A stretch of DNA of 63,946 bases, the filler included, from Sphaeroforma arctica JP610 (taxonomy: Eukaryota): the NCBI RefSeq assembly GCF_001186125.1. It is 5 parts of 3 records of this genome, joined end to end, with 100 filler letters (N's around TTAATTAATTAA, not from the genome) between each part and the next. Parts side by side here need not be neighbours in the genome. Positions count along the whole stretch, not along the records: positions 1 to 27,873 come from NW_014040553.1; positions 27,974 to 39,197 come from NW_014040552.1; 3 more parts are not named here. One strand, written 5' to 3'. The notes below the pieces were generated by a model, which did not search any database, was not told the origin of the DNA, and worked only from the letters and a program-made list of their open reading frames with translations. This document shows, one piece after another, positions 18,497-31,818 of the stretch. Every line of letters begins with the position of its first letter. Position 1 is the stretch's first letter. Made by a program: the position numbers and the translations under genes.

Positions 18497-19361
18497 CACT
18501 ATTGTGCTGTGACTGTTGTGACGGATTATTTTGTGTGCTTGAGTTTGTGACTTCGCACCATACGTACACCGCTGGAGGTATATTCATCTGTACAAGTATG
18601 TGTATTGCGCGTGCCGATCACCACAGTACCGTCAACCTGATCTTTGGTATATGTGAGGTATTGGTGGCATATCTTTGGCGTGTTATTCCTCACCCGTGCT
18701 TGATGCAATGTGACGACAATACGTGGTGCATGCAACGATTACGCTGAGCATTTGAAAACTATAACAGGGCAGAAAATCCCATTTGCTGTATGTTAGTGTC
18801 TCTCGCTCATTTCATATGCCTACAGAGTACGATATCAAATTTATTACACTTAATGTACCGTAATCAATATTATTTGGTATAATAAACCGCTATATTCATA
18901 TTGCCGGAAATTGGCGGGAAAATGTACGGTACCGAACGATATTTCTAGACGGTTTAACTTTCCACCAATGAGCGCGTGAAATAATGGGACGACGACAACA
19001 TGTGTCAAAATAATGTCAAAAAAAAGCCATTCGCCATCATCGTACGACGAGCAATCAAAACTTTCGGTTCGGCACATCGCACGAGTTAGAATGTAACTAT
19101 GTACTTTTGACATGCTACTACGTCTACGGAATACTGATATTATTTACTATAGGCCAAGCACTGATAAATTGGCAGCAATGCATAGGAGTAATTATTTACA
19201 ACACTTCTCTTGTGTGAAGGTAAATACCCCACACTCCAGGGTTAATAAATTCATTGTGAGGTTAATATATAGCAATTTGAAAAAAGGATACGCATCCCTT
19301 CGAATTTTTGTATTGTTGGGAGTGCTGTGTAGTGAGTGTACACGTATTGTGCAAGTTTACG

Positions 19362-21030
19362 ATGTGTTTAGTAAAAACTGCCGCAGGCGCCTCTAAGGGG
19401 GCCAAGGCAGTGCCCAGTGATCAAGCGAATGCGAAGTTGCAATCGGTAAGTGAATGACTACTCGTAAAGTATAGTTTGATTGAGTTGAATCAAAACGATA
19501 GGAATAAAACGCAAATCAGGCCCACCGCGCCAGAAAGATGAGTTGTGATAGTATCGATTGCTCGCACTATAGTTTGACTGAGCCTATGAAGACAGGTAAT
19601 AATATACAAATTAGATTAACTGCACCAGTTGGATAGATTCATACAATAACAATTAACTGGGAAGCGCTATTTTGTGGTGCTACAAATACATTTCAATGTC
19701 AATAAGTATCTAATATAGTATAACCACAAGGAACGAATATTACTTTAACAAATCTAGTGCCAAAACAAACTTGACAGACCCGTAACTTCTCCCCACCTTT
19801 TATGCAGTAGTGCGCTCTGGCTATGCAGTAGTACAGATCGTAATATTGATGCATGCATATCACTTTAGTCGTGATATATTTATCTCCACATATATAAGCA
19901 CAACTTCAACAGGCTCACTATTTCATACGAGTGCCTTGGACTTACATATCTGACCCTTTAAAGTGAACTGAATCCGACCCAGATACTGAAAGTACACCCT
20001 TATGATGGCTGCCACTGTCGCTTGGACGACAATATTAGTCATATTGTTGCTGTTCATAGTATCGAGAGGTTTGATTCTTTTTTTGTAGGTTGCCGACAGT
20101 ATGGATTCGGACGAGGCACAGTCTCAAATCTCGTATAATTTTCAACACAAATCTATCTAAATTCGGAGTTATCCCTTCCTATCTAATCAACTAACCGAAA
20201 TACATCAACGCTAATATCACAGGGAAAGGATGAAGCGAATGAGCCCACATGGGGACGTAACAAGCACGTCAAGCCTTTGACCTGGGTCATAGTCGCGTTT
20301 CTGCTATTCTTTGCTCCAGTCATTGTGGAGTATGTCGTAGTGTGTATGACACAGTACGATGGAGCACTGAGTGGACCGATCAACGATCTGTTTTTAGCTG
20401 AGGAAACCATTACGTTTTCCGAGTTTTTGATCGAGAAGGTAGGTCGAGGCATGAGAATGCGTTTAGTCTTGAGCGTGTATATCCGTTCATAGAAGAGTGA
20501 TTATCATGCATTCCATGGTGATGAACAAAGAGGTTAGCAGAAGGCTAACTTTAGGATTTGGTTGTGTAGTTATCTATGCCGGTGAATGCTGCAATACAGG
20601 AGGAATGAAGTGCTGTATATGTTGTGGTCCTACATAAAGGGTTCCGTATAATGAAGTGAATAACGTGCCTGCGTTCATATAGTCTATCATTGTGTCGTGG
20701 ATTTTTGCCTAAAATTTAATAGTCTATATAGATGTTTTTTTTAGTATACATGGCTTGTAGCATACATAACTTATGTTATTCCGTAAATGTGCGCGCATGT
20801 TGTACTACGTATATACAGCTCATTTGTATAATGTAAATGCATACCGCTGAGGTCGCCAGAGACACTGGGACTCAGTGTTCTTGCCTACTTACACAAGCAC
20901 ATCAATGTGCGTGGCATTTCTGTTGCGCAGCAACCATAGACACGTTCGCAGTATTGTTGTACACACAAACACACGCATACACACGCACAAACACACGCGC
21001 GCGCACATGCACACTTTTTATATATCTATA

Positions 21031-21078
<48 letters not shown>

Positions 21079-22198
21079 CTCAGTGGTAGGGCTTCACTCA
21101 CGGCTATGCTATACAGACACCACATGCCCATCTCACTCATGCTAGTCCTGTAATATGTTACTATGCCTTCCCATCAGGTGTACAAGCCTATTGCTGAACC
21201 CGAGGGGTTTTTCTTACAAACGGCAAAGATTTACGTCACGTGGTTGCTCTTCCAGGCGTTGCTTGCGGTCACTGTCCCTGGACCCATCGGGTATGTTCTC
21301 AAAACCCTAAAGCCCTAGTACCCTAGACAATATCACTGATTATTTCGCACAATTTTTGGGAATAATAGATCTCTTCTTCTTTTGTGTTATTTTCAAATAT
21401 AGACATGACCAGTGGCTGTCGATTGGATATGCAATAGTTTCAAATACTTACTAGATGTTCTAATTTTGGGTACTGTGGTGATATGGTTTGTTCCGGGATT
21501 AGTTGATATCTTTGATGATTGGCATGCAGGGAGTCAAGGTAGGATGCCAGTCATCTACTTGTCTGCCAGCACTACGGCGGAGCGTACGCAATCGGTTTCT
21601 TAGTTGTGTGCGTTTGTTATTAGGAATGCAGCATGGATTGCTTATAATTATTTTGTTGCATTCGATTAGCGGCAAATAATATCAACATATGGTGAATGCT
21701 CATAGAGTGTTCGTTACCCGCTATGATTTTTGTAGTCAAAAGCCACTATCAATGTCGTAGTGAAATGAATATGCTGCGTCAAGTCTCTTTGTTGGACTAT
21801 CCCCGGGAACTGATATGGCTCACAGAAGCCAGGTTTGTAGACTGGATTGATAATATACATAGCACAATTTATAACTTGTATCCCTGTTCTTGGTTTTGTA
21901 TACACCACTAGATATGGACAATCCACACCAGCTGGGCATAAGCTCGAGTATCTGGTGAACGGGCTTAACTGCTGGGTGGTAACGCATATTTTCTTTGTGG
22001 TTGGTGCATGGGGCTTCGGATGGTGGAAACCAACGATCATTTATGACCACTGGGCTCAGGTAAGTTTTGCTGAATATGTGGACTGTTCCAACAAAGTGGG
22101 ACTAATTTGACTCTATACCCACACACAAACACACACACATACATACANNNNNNNNNNNNNNNNNNNNACACACACACACACACATATTATTATATACT

Positions 22199-22233
<35 letters not shown>

Positions 22234-24222
22234 ATGCATATGTATATATATATATATATTTGTGTGTATAGGTATATGTGGATATATATGTATATATGCA
22301 TATATATATTATATGTATATATGCATATATATATATATGTATATATTTATGTACATAATATATATATATATATATACATACATTTACGTCTATACATATT
22401 AATATATATATATATATGTATGTATGTTTGTATATGCATACGTATATATTTACGTATATATTTGATGTATGTATATGTTTTAATGCAAGTGTATATATCT
22501 ACTGGTATTTACTGATATCTCCCAACGCATCGGTGAATAAAATACATACAATGAATTGAGTATCGCATCATGTTTCAACATGTCATCAGAAAGCTTGTAC
22601 GAACATACATGAATTACATGCCTATACACATTCATTCTTGAGAGTTCTCCTACCATATTGTCGATGATTGTTCTACGTACTTGTACGCTATATTCGTATG
22701 CAAGATTTATAGAATACGGAAGGTGTATCATAACATATTCCGGCAGAACCGTATTCTCCATAACCTTGTTCTCAGTTGTGTGATAACGCATTGTCTACAA
22801 ACTATATAAACGTATAAATGTGTTTATTTAACGAATATGTGTATGTATGGGTATATTTCATGAATATGGCATATATATATATATATATCTGTATATATAT
22901 TATATATTCAAATAGCAATTATATCTGCGTTGGTCTGATCTCCTTATACTTTACCTAGATGCGCAATGGTACCTCGTCGCACATATATACAATATCGGTA
23001 TACTCAATCAACGTCTACGATGGCCTGGTGCCATCAATATATTCTTCTTGTGAGAATCAATTAACACCCTTATGCATAATCAATAGGATCTTCGTTTGCC
23101 TGTTGTCTTTGCGGTATACACGCGTATAAAGTATACGGCACTTGGTCACGAATATTTTGCAATCCGTTTTGTAGTATGGTCATTCTAACCATGACCAATC
23201 TCGCCTATTTCCCACAGCTTTCTATCTGCATGCACTTGTACGGCTTTGCGCTGTCACTGTTCTGCTACATCAAGGCGTTTGTCGCACCCACCCACGCCGG
23301 CGATGTCAAAACATCGGACTCTATGGTGTTCAACTTCTTTATGGGTGTTGAATTCAACCCCAGAATCGGCTCACTAGACTTTAAGGTACGCTACGCTATG
23401 GCTGGGATGAGTGGTTGTTAACATGCGAGTGACGGAACACACTGACTAAATTACGGCCCACGAGAATGATTGTGCATTGTATTGTGTCATATTCCGTGGT
23501 GTTCGCTGTTTTGTGTTGTGTTGGTTGAATTTGAATTTATATCCAGAATCGGCTCATTAAGATTTTTCTTTTATATTCACCCACCTGTCTTACAGCTGTT
23601 CCACAACGGACGCATTGGAATCATTCTCTGGACACTCGTGAACATCTCCTGTGCCGCAGCCCAGTACGAACGCCACGGCGACATAACCAACTCCATGATC
23701 ATGGTCAACATTGGTCATGCCGTGTATGTGCTCGACTTCTTCTTCAACGAGGATTGGTACCTGCGCACCATTGACATATGCCACGACCACTTTGGGTTCT
23801 ACCTGGCCTGGGGAGATGCCGTGTGGCTACCCATTATGTATGCGCTACAGGTATGTATTGACTTCTGTGGCCAGTTGTAGAGCGGGATGTATCAATCTTA
23901 ATACATTGCCTACATTTTCTTCATGCAACGCTGACTAGAGCTATTTTTTATTTTTTATTTTTTTACACAACGCTTGTTAGAGCCCCTTCATGGTGACGCA
24001 CCCGCACGAATTGAACACCAACGAGGTGGTGGTTATTTCGGCTTTCTTCTGTCTCGGTATGATTTTGGAATGCACAAAGTTCATATAGATGTATATATAT
24101 ATTTATATATATTATATATTCTATTCTATTCTATTCTATTCTATTATCTCAAATATATATATAGTATATATATATATATGCCATAAATATGCCATATATA
24201 CATATATATATAAATATATGCC

Positions 24223-24253
<31 letters not shown>

Positions 24254-26353
24254 AACTGATAATATAGGCATACATGTATTGTATAGATGTACATATAGTT
24301 TTATATATGTTGGTTATATTTTTCTCGCCTTTAGTACACCTCTCGCTTTGCACATATCGCGTAGCGTACATAGTCCCCAGACACGCACCAAATATATGAC
24401 TCTTCTTTATACCATGACCTATAACGGTCATGGCTGAAGACGCGATTCAGTTCATATTTCTTGTGCAGTGCCATCCGATACCATAATTTTGCTGCCTCAA
24501 AAGTTTTGAAACTCACCTATGTCTGAATGCAATTGAGAAGGTATCGGATTTGTGAGGCTCAAGGGGTTTAGCAAGTTATTGTAACATGGGAGAGCCATGC
24601 AGTTTAATTACCAATTTTAGTATCTCCCGATGCTTAAACAGTACGCGAATACGTTCTATCCTGCCGATCTGTGTGCCCTCTGTGATATATCGTAGCCTGA
24701 AGTGCTGTACGGTTTGCTCTTGATTATGAATCGACCCGATGTTTTAGGAGTACACAAACCCTTTTTCTATCCTGCCGATTTGTGTGCTATCCGTATTATG
24801 TACTGTTCAGAATACACTAAGTATATCAATACTACCTCTCATGCATTGTTCCCCTACTAACATCAGAATATGCGTCTTATTCGTCCTATATATTCGTGAG
24901 TATGTTTTTCATAGTCCCAAAAAGCGGTTTTTAAGCAATCTCGTGCACTTTGTACCCAAATCAGGATACTACATCTTCAGAGATGTGAACCATCAGAAGG
25001 ATATCTTCCGATCATCCAATGGCAAAGCGCTCATCTGGGGCAAGAAAGCCACCTACATAGATGCCACATATGTGACAGCCGATGGAAGCACACGCAACAG
25101 GTAAATATGTGTATTTTTGAATATTGTATCGTATATATATATATATATATCATATACATATACATATATATGTATATATATATACGTATATATATATATA
25201 TATATATATATATACTTACGTTACGTTTAGTTATATATATTTATTAGTTTNNNNNNNNNNNNNNNNNNNNTATATATATATATATATATATATACTATAC
25301 TATATATATGTATATATATATACGTATATATATATATATATATATATATATACTTTCAACGGTTTTGTATACATATGTATTATTTTGTGAGGCCATCCTT
25401 GTTGCTTCTTATATATCACTTTTTCCGTCGCCTATCGTTCTTTGTTGATGAACCAAGTCATTATATGATATCTTGAGAAATTCCTATTCGCGACAGACAG
25501 GCGTACCAGTATGCCGGTACCAGAAATAGATTTGTGTCATCATAATATACTAGTCAATGCACACGAATAGGCACTGTAGCTGTTCCACCATTGCCAATCT
25601 ACTATCGTTGTTTGAATTCATCTCACCCGTTTGTCTGCACGCACATTGTCACATGCCTGCGTAACAATCAAAGCATACCCCGCAGCTGCACGGTTTGTGC
25701 ACTTAGATTGACATTGTTTTGCGCTGTATTGCTGACGATTATTAGTAATATATTATGTAATCCGATAGCCCTGGTGCACGCACCATTACTACCGCGGTCC
25801 TTCTACTTCTATCAATACGCGATGTCTACCTACATGGCCACGCCATTGTTCCATGTCTTGTCTGCTGCTGTCCACTAATATCGTCATTTTAATGTCCTAT
25901 AAGTAGCCTGCTACTAACCAGTGGGTGGTGGGGCGTGGCGCGACACTCCAACTACCTAGCTGATCTGCTGATGTCGCTGTGTTTCTGTCTGGTGACGGGC
26001 TACACTCACGCCCTGCCGTACTTCTACATCTGCCAGATGATCTGCCTGCTAGTAGGCCGAATTTACAGGTATGTGTAGTCATAACCATTATTATATATAT
26101 ATTTATATATACCTAATCATTTGTATCCGTATTCACTCAACTGAGAACACTTATAGCATGCGATTTAGCTATAGCTAGCGGGATAGGAGCCAATAGATAT
26201 AGCTATACTGAATCGACCATTTACATACATAGTCACTCGTTTGAGACCGTTCGATGATGCAGGGATGAGGGCCGGTGTAAGGGCAAGTATGGCAAGTTCT
26301 GGGATGAATACTGTGCCCAGGTGCCTTACAGACTGATCCCTGGAATTTGGTAG
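19362..26353 (+). CDS. DHCR7: 7-dehydrocholesterol reductase, ERG4/ERG24 family (10 exons: 19362-19445, 20223-20438, 21178-21290, 21912-22059, 23218-23385, 23596-23850, 23981-24056, 24965-25100, 25907-26068, 26263-26353)
   Basis: [126 protein letters not shown]. Junctions are GT-AG and phase-consistent; exon 1 is less certain. Confidence 0.92.
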
Positions 26354-27973
26354 TAAAGTCCGCTTGACGCGTGACCGAGACACTCATGTATAAACCTAAG
26401 TTTGACGCGGACTAGGAAAAGCTCAGTCGCATAATAGAAATAGAAATAGTCTAATTAATTAAAACGTTTTCAAAGTGCACTTTGCTTACTGTAGGTACCA
26501 AAACACTTAAATGTTTACCCGTTTAGTAAGGGCCAGACAACACTGAATGCAAGTTCCACATGACCACACTTATAAGTTATAGACCTTGACGGAATGGGCT
26601 ACGAATAATATGCAGAATAAAGTACGTAACTCGCAATTTTAGAGGACATAGTAAGACGACCCTCAAATTAACGTCTCAACGGCAACGGCACTTTTCGAAA
26701 TTTTTAATTTCTGTTCCTAAATCAATGGCCTCAGAAGTAGCCAGTACTAAGTTTTTGTCTCGGATGGGAAAGACCCGATTTTAATTGGCGCTTGACCCGG
26801 CGCTACGACGCCACATTCCTCCTTGCATTTCCAATTTAATCCTCCTTGAATTTCCAATTTTGCTCTGTATATAAAGAAAAAAGACCCGTGAATAGATGTG
26901 TAATTGGTGTCATTCGCGCACAGCTATTGTCACGCATGACCAGTTTAAGGACAAACACAGAAACGAATGCCAAGTGAAAGTCTCCTAAAACAGTCAATCC
27001 CGAAAGAAAATATCCCGATACAGCGTCTACCAAAAGGAACGTTCCTTGAAAGAATGTTCTTCGGAACACTCTCTCCGCAGTTACACAACCGCCCATGCTC
27101 AACCGAAAAGGATGCGTGACAATCAGATTGAGATGTACCAATGAAGTTGACTAAACTGTATAACGTTTCTATAATATTCGACCAAAGCCTGAATTAGCGA
27201 TACAAACCACAAGTATGTACTCCATCTTTATTCGAACACTTTACGCCGTTGAAATGTACGACAGATTCTCAACAATTGAGTGGGGCATGGAAGAGAAGAT
27301 TTTAAGTGTCCTACATAGAATACTTTTTTCGACACCCTAGTTCTCTCCTATACCCCTTCTGAACAATCAACTATCCCAACAGGTATCCGATTTAGACACC
27401 TTGTTGTACTAACTGTGTATAGAGAGTGCTCCTGAGCCGCCGTTCATGTGACGTAAAACGCTCTCGCGCTCTGAAGGTTGGCACACTACTCGATATAGTG
27501 TCATTTAACCAACGTGTAGTGTCAGTGGTATCTATCGCACATGTGCAGTGATTAACTGTATCACAAGCAATTATTCACTCTCACACAAGGGGCTAAATGC
27601 TCACATAAATGGAGCAATACACACTCACGAATGGGCGGCTCATATTCCCACGTTTAGAGCTATATACACTCACAAAAGGATTGGGGCGGGAGGACAATAC
27701 CTAGATGCAATTGGATGTCCTTGGCATCAAGCTTTTTGGCATTTCGATGTTTGGCCAATTGGCAGGCAAACATAGTCACGCTGTCAATGAAGTCGTCGGC
27801 AATATATAGTAATATCTGATGGTACATGTGAAATCAAATGATAATAATTAGTAGATATTTCTATATATATACCNNNNNNNNNNNNNNNNNNNNNNNNNNN
27901 NNNNNNNNNNNNNNNNNTTAATTAATTAANNNNNNNNNNNNNNNNNNNNNNNNNNNNNNNNNNNNNNNNNNNN

Positions 27974-30900
27974 CACAAGGATATGGATGCCCAGGAGGTC
28001 CTGAAGGTTAAGATTGGTGACTGGAATCGGGGTGGTATTTCGGAAAAATTGACCAAGTCAGAGGTGAAGAATATGAAGTGGTGTGCTATGCCATATTTGG
28101 TGTACAAAAGCCTGGCTTTGTTCCGTTGACTGCTGATGACTGGCGGCTGTGTATTAACTATAAGAAGACTAACACGCAGTTTGAGTGTGAGGCGTACCCG
28201 GTACCCACAGAGAGGCAATTTTTGTCCTCAGTCAGGGGGCGCAAGTATAGGACCATTGTTGATCTTGGTCAGGGCTTCTGTCAGCAGAAGTTGAGTAAAG
28301 AGTCGCAGCAGTATACCACTTTTTGGACTCCGTGGGGACCTCACAAGTTCATAGGGATGCCATTTGGGCTGAAGCCGGCCTCGTGGATTATGCAGAAACG
28401 CATGGTGTTGGTTTTTGACGAGGTGCCTAATCATGAGGTGTACATTGATGATATTGGTACAGGGCATGCTGATGGTCGTGAGCATTGGGATGCTCTGGTG
28501 TTACTGGTGGCGGCCTGTCAGAAGTATAACGTGAAATTGTCGTTGGCCAAGTCTAGCTTTGCGTATCACACACAATCGTTTATGGCTCTGGGCCGGATGG
28601 TCGATGAGAATGGTGCGTCCGTCTCTGAGGATCGGTTGGAGGCCATTTTTCGGATGCCTCGGCCAACGACGAAATATTTATTAAAATCATGGTTTCATAC
28701 TCTCACGTTTTGGCTTGAGTATATACCGGACTATGCGCGGATCACAGCACCGTTGTCTGATATGTTGAGAGACGACGTTGTTTTTTCCTGGGGTTTGCTT
28801 CAGCAATCAGCGTTTGATACGGTGTTGAAGGGTGTGGCTGAACGTGCAGTCTTGATTGAAGGCTTGGCGGATTGTTAGGCGGTCGGTGCACGACTTGGTG
28901 GTCTATACTGATCATGAGCCGTTAGCTGCTATGATGCAGAAGGAGCCGCATGAGTTTGACGATTCAGTGCGGGGCAGGCGTATGGGTCGGTATGTTCAGG
29001 GCCTGCGGGACTTTAACTTGGTTTTGAAGCATATTCCGGGTGAAGATAATCCGGTAGCGGACGTGATGTCTCGTTTGGGGTATCCTATTGATCCGATTAT
29101 GCAAGTGGAGTCTCCGCTAATCAAGAAGCGTGGAGTTTTGCAGATCCCTTGGTTACGGTGCCTGACACGGAAGAATACTCGTTGGCACCCAAGTATTTTG
29201 ACAAGGCGTTGTAGAGGGTTGGTCCCTTTGATGTTGAAGGATTTGCGTTGCCGGGCAATAACTTGATGGTGCCATATTACTCGCCCACTTTAGACGGTGG
29301 GGTGTTTGCTTTGGACACTTGGTTCGGGCGGAGTTGGTACATGAACGCTCCGTTCTCCAAGTTGGATGCTGTTGTTCAGCGGGTGAAGGCGGATAGAGCC
29401 ACTGCGACGCTGGTAGTACCGTATTATCCGGAGGCTGCTTGGTTTAAGCAGCTGGTACCATTGTTGGCGGATACGTCAATTGTCATTCCGCCTACGCATG
29501 GTGTGCTCTTGAAGCATGGGCGTGAGGCGATGCCGCCGCCGCCGTTTGTGACATTAATTTGTCATCTTAGTCCTCGTTGTGAGAAGTTCACGTTGGCTGA
29601 GGAGTTTTGGGTGGTGGTGGACGCGCATCGGCCTGTGACCAGTACTGTGGTTGGTGCGTTGACGGTGCGACCGGATGACTTGGAGTCCTGTATGGTGCAG
29701 GATCGCGTGGCTTCGGCAGAGGCTGGTGTAGTTACGAAGCCTGTCCGGTGTGTACGTTACCCCAGGCTAGGAGGTTTTTTCCTACAAACAGTTGAGCATG
29801 TGGTGGGTTCATGTACTTTTATGACGACCACTGTCATGCCTGGGGAGTTGGTGTTGGAGGAGGCCATGAGTCGGGCCGAGCGTGAGTTTGAGGCGCATCA
29901 GATCCGTGCAGTTGCTGTCATGACTCGTGCGCAACGGCTGCGAGCATCCGCTGCTGAGGTGGAGGTGACTGCTAGTGGTGAACCTCCGACTGAGGAGCCG
30001 GCGTTCGTGTTGGCCAGGCCTCAGGAGCAGTTGGCAGCACCTGGAGTGGATACTTCTCCTGGGTTACCGTTTTTTGGTCCACGCACAGAAAGAGAGTTTC
30101 TCGAAGACGTGCGATGTGGGCTGTATGGTATTGGAGTGGGGGGTTCTGTTGTCATGCGTGTTTTGCGTTACACGCATGAGCTGTTCTCATGTCGCTACGG
30201 ATCGCTTAATCCATCTCGTGAAAGAGTTGTGGGGTTGGACTGGCTTGCGGGCGCAGTGTGAGCATGTTAGACGTAGCTGTGGGCCGTGTCAGGAGGTTTC
30301 TCCTATTCTTGGACTGACTCGAGGGCTGCTCCAGCAGCCGGAGCGTCCGGATTCAGTTATGGCTGAGATTGGCATGGATTTTGTTCAGTTCCCAACTACG
30401 AATGCGGGGGGTATGAAGTATGCCCTTTTGGCGGTGGATGCTCTTACTCATATGGTGTTTGTTCGGGTCTTTCCGCCTAGTGTTGCTGCTGGGGACGCTG
30501 TGCGTTTCTTGGAGGAGCAAGTTTTGGAGCTGGGAGTGCCGCAGAGAATTACGATGGTTGCTGACTCTGTGTTCAACACTAATGCTATGGTTAACTTTTG
30601 TGAGGCTAGACAGATTGTGCCGCGTAATGTGTCGATCGATCGTCACCAAGGAAATGGGAGAGCGGAGGTTCTCATCCGTGCGGTGAAGGACTGGTTCAAA
30701 CGTGAGGTGGCGGCTGCTGATGCGGACGTAGGGTCATGGGTATACTCAGTTTATGATGTGGTTCGGACTTACAATGCGACGGTGAACTCGGTTACTGGGT
30801 TTTCCCCGTACTTTCACATGACGGGGCACACATTTCTGCATACTCAGCGGGATCAGCTGCAAGAGAGGGTTCTGGCAATGCTGTTAACAGAGCGTGGTAC

Positions 30901-31103
30901 GGAGGCTATGGTACGTGATGCGGTTGCAGTGCAGCGTGATCTGCGTGCGCAGGAGTCCCAGCGTAGGGCGGCTGACTTGCATCGTGTTGATGTGCCAGCG
31001 TTCGCTGTAGGTGACTGGGTGCGGTATAAAATCCGTGGTGCTGGTCATGCGTTGCTACGCGGTATGATGGTCCGGCCAAAATTGTTGCTGTCCTGCCCAA
31101 TTT
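27974..31103 (+). mobile_element. Ty3/gypsy LTR retrotransposon 'A', pol fragment (RT, partly deleted RNase H, N6-adenine MTase, integrase), decayed
   Basis: RT: WRLCINY, VDLGQGFCQ, MPFGL, VYIDD. RH C-part: VYTDHEPL, HIPGEDNPVADVMSR. IN: H..SH..C.PC, GMDFV, AVDALT, GNGRAE, YNATVNSVTGFSPY, VGDWV..YDGP. Stops and frameshifts present. Cut at 31103 by an LTR. Confidence 0.92.
29170..29580 (+). pseudogene. Dam/DIRS-type N6-adenine DNA methyltransferase domain in element A
   Basis: EYSLAPKYFDKAL*RVGPFDVEGFALPGNN...VFALDTWFGRSWYMNAPFSKLDAVVQRVKADRATATLVVPYYPEAAWF; NAPF at 29344-29355. Confidence 0.8.
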
Positions 31104-31762
31104 TGTAATAAGCCGGGCCTCCATATTAGACTCTATGTATAAACGTACTCTTAAGCAGTACGCAAATTATAAACGTACTCTTAATAGTACGAGGAACTTA
31201 AGTTTCCTAAATGTACTCTTAATAGTACGAGGAACTTAAGTCTCCTAAACGTGCTCTTAATAGCACGAGGAACTTAGGTTTCCTAAAATGGGTTTTAATG
31301 GTTTTATTAATTAAACCTTTTCCATTTAACATATCAGATATTTGGATGAGGCCATTAAAAGGCCTCAGTAAAATACCAAACATAAAAGAGTTAGTCTAGT
31401 TCTATTAATAGAGCTTTATTTACTTTCCAATTTTATTTATGTCTGAATACTTTGGTAGCGAGATGGCTCAACCGAATATAGGTTTCTAGGGACTATTAAC
31501 GTTACCTAGTTGATCCTCTGATAAGCCAACCAGATGTGCCAGTCTGATGAAGGCTAAGTCGATAATTCTTGATAGTGGCAAGCTATTGGTTAAGACAATA
31601 ACTAAAGACGTCAAGAGTATTTTTATTTTATCTCTTTTTTCTAAAGATAGGATTTTATGAGTCTCTCGGATTCGCCCCAGAATAGAGCGACAACGAAACA
31701 CTAAATAAAATCCCTTTCGGTGGAAACGTACTGAGAGGATTATATATAGGCAATGTCTCAGC
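31104..31762 (+). repeat. 5' LTR of element B (3' end in N gap)
   Basis: Colinear with 38306-38992, with substitutions and indels. Confidence 0.9.
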
Positions 31763-31818
31763 TNNNNNNNNNNNNNNNNNNNNGTTAAGAGACAAGCTAG
31801 TAGTCATAAGTTAAGATT

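Noticed and set aside
27874..27973. TTAATTAATTAA embedded in Ns (also 39198-39297, 47790-47889, 62574-62673)
   Set aside because: Identical 100-nt blocks with an all-frame stop linker are artificial gap spacers, not biology.
31141..31284. CRISPR-like appearance of palindromic repeats (also 44124-44292)
   Set aside because: No unique spacers, no cas genes, eukaryotic context, and both arrays lie inside LTRs.
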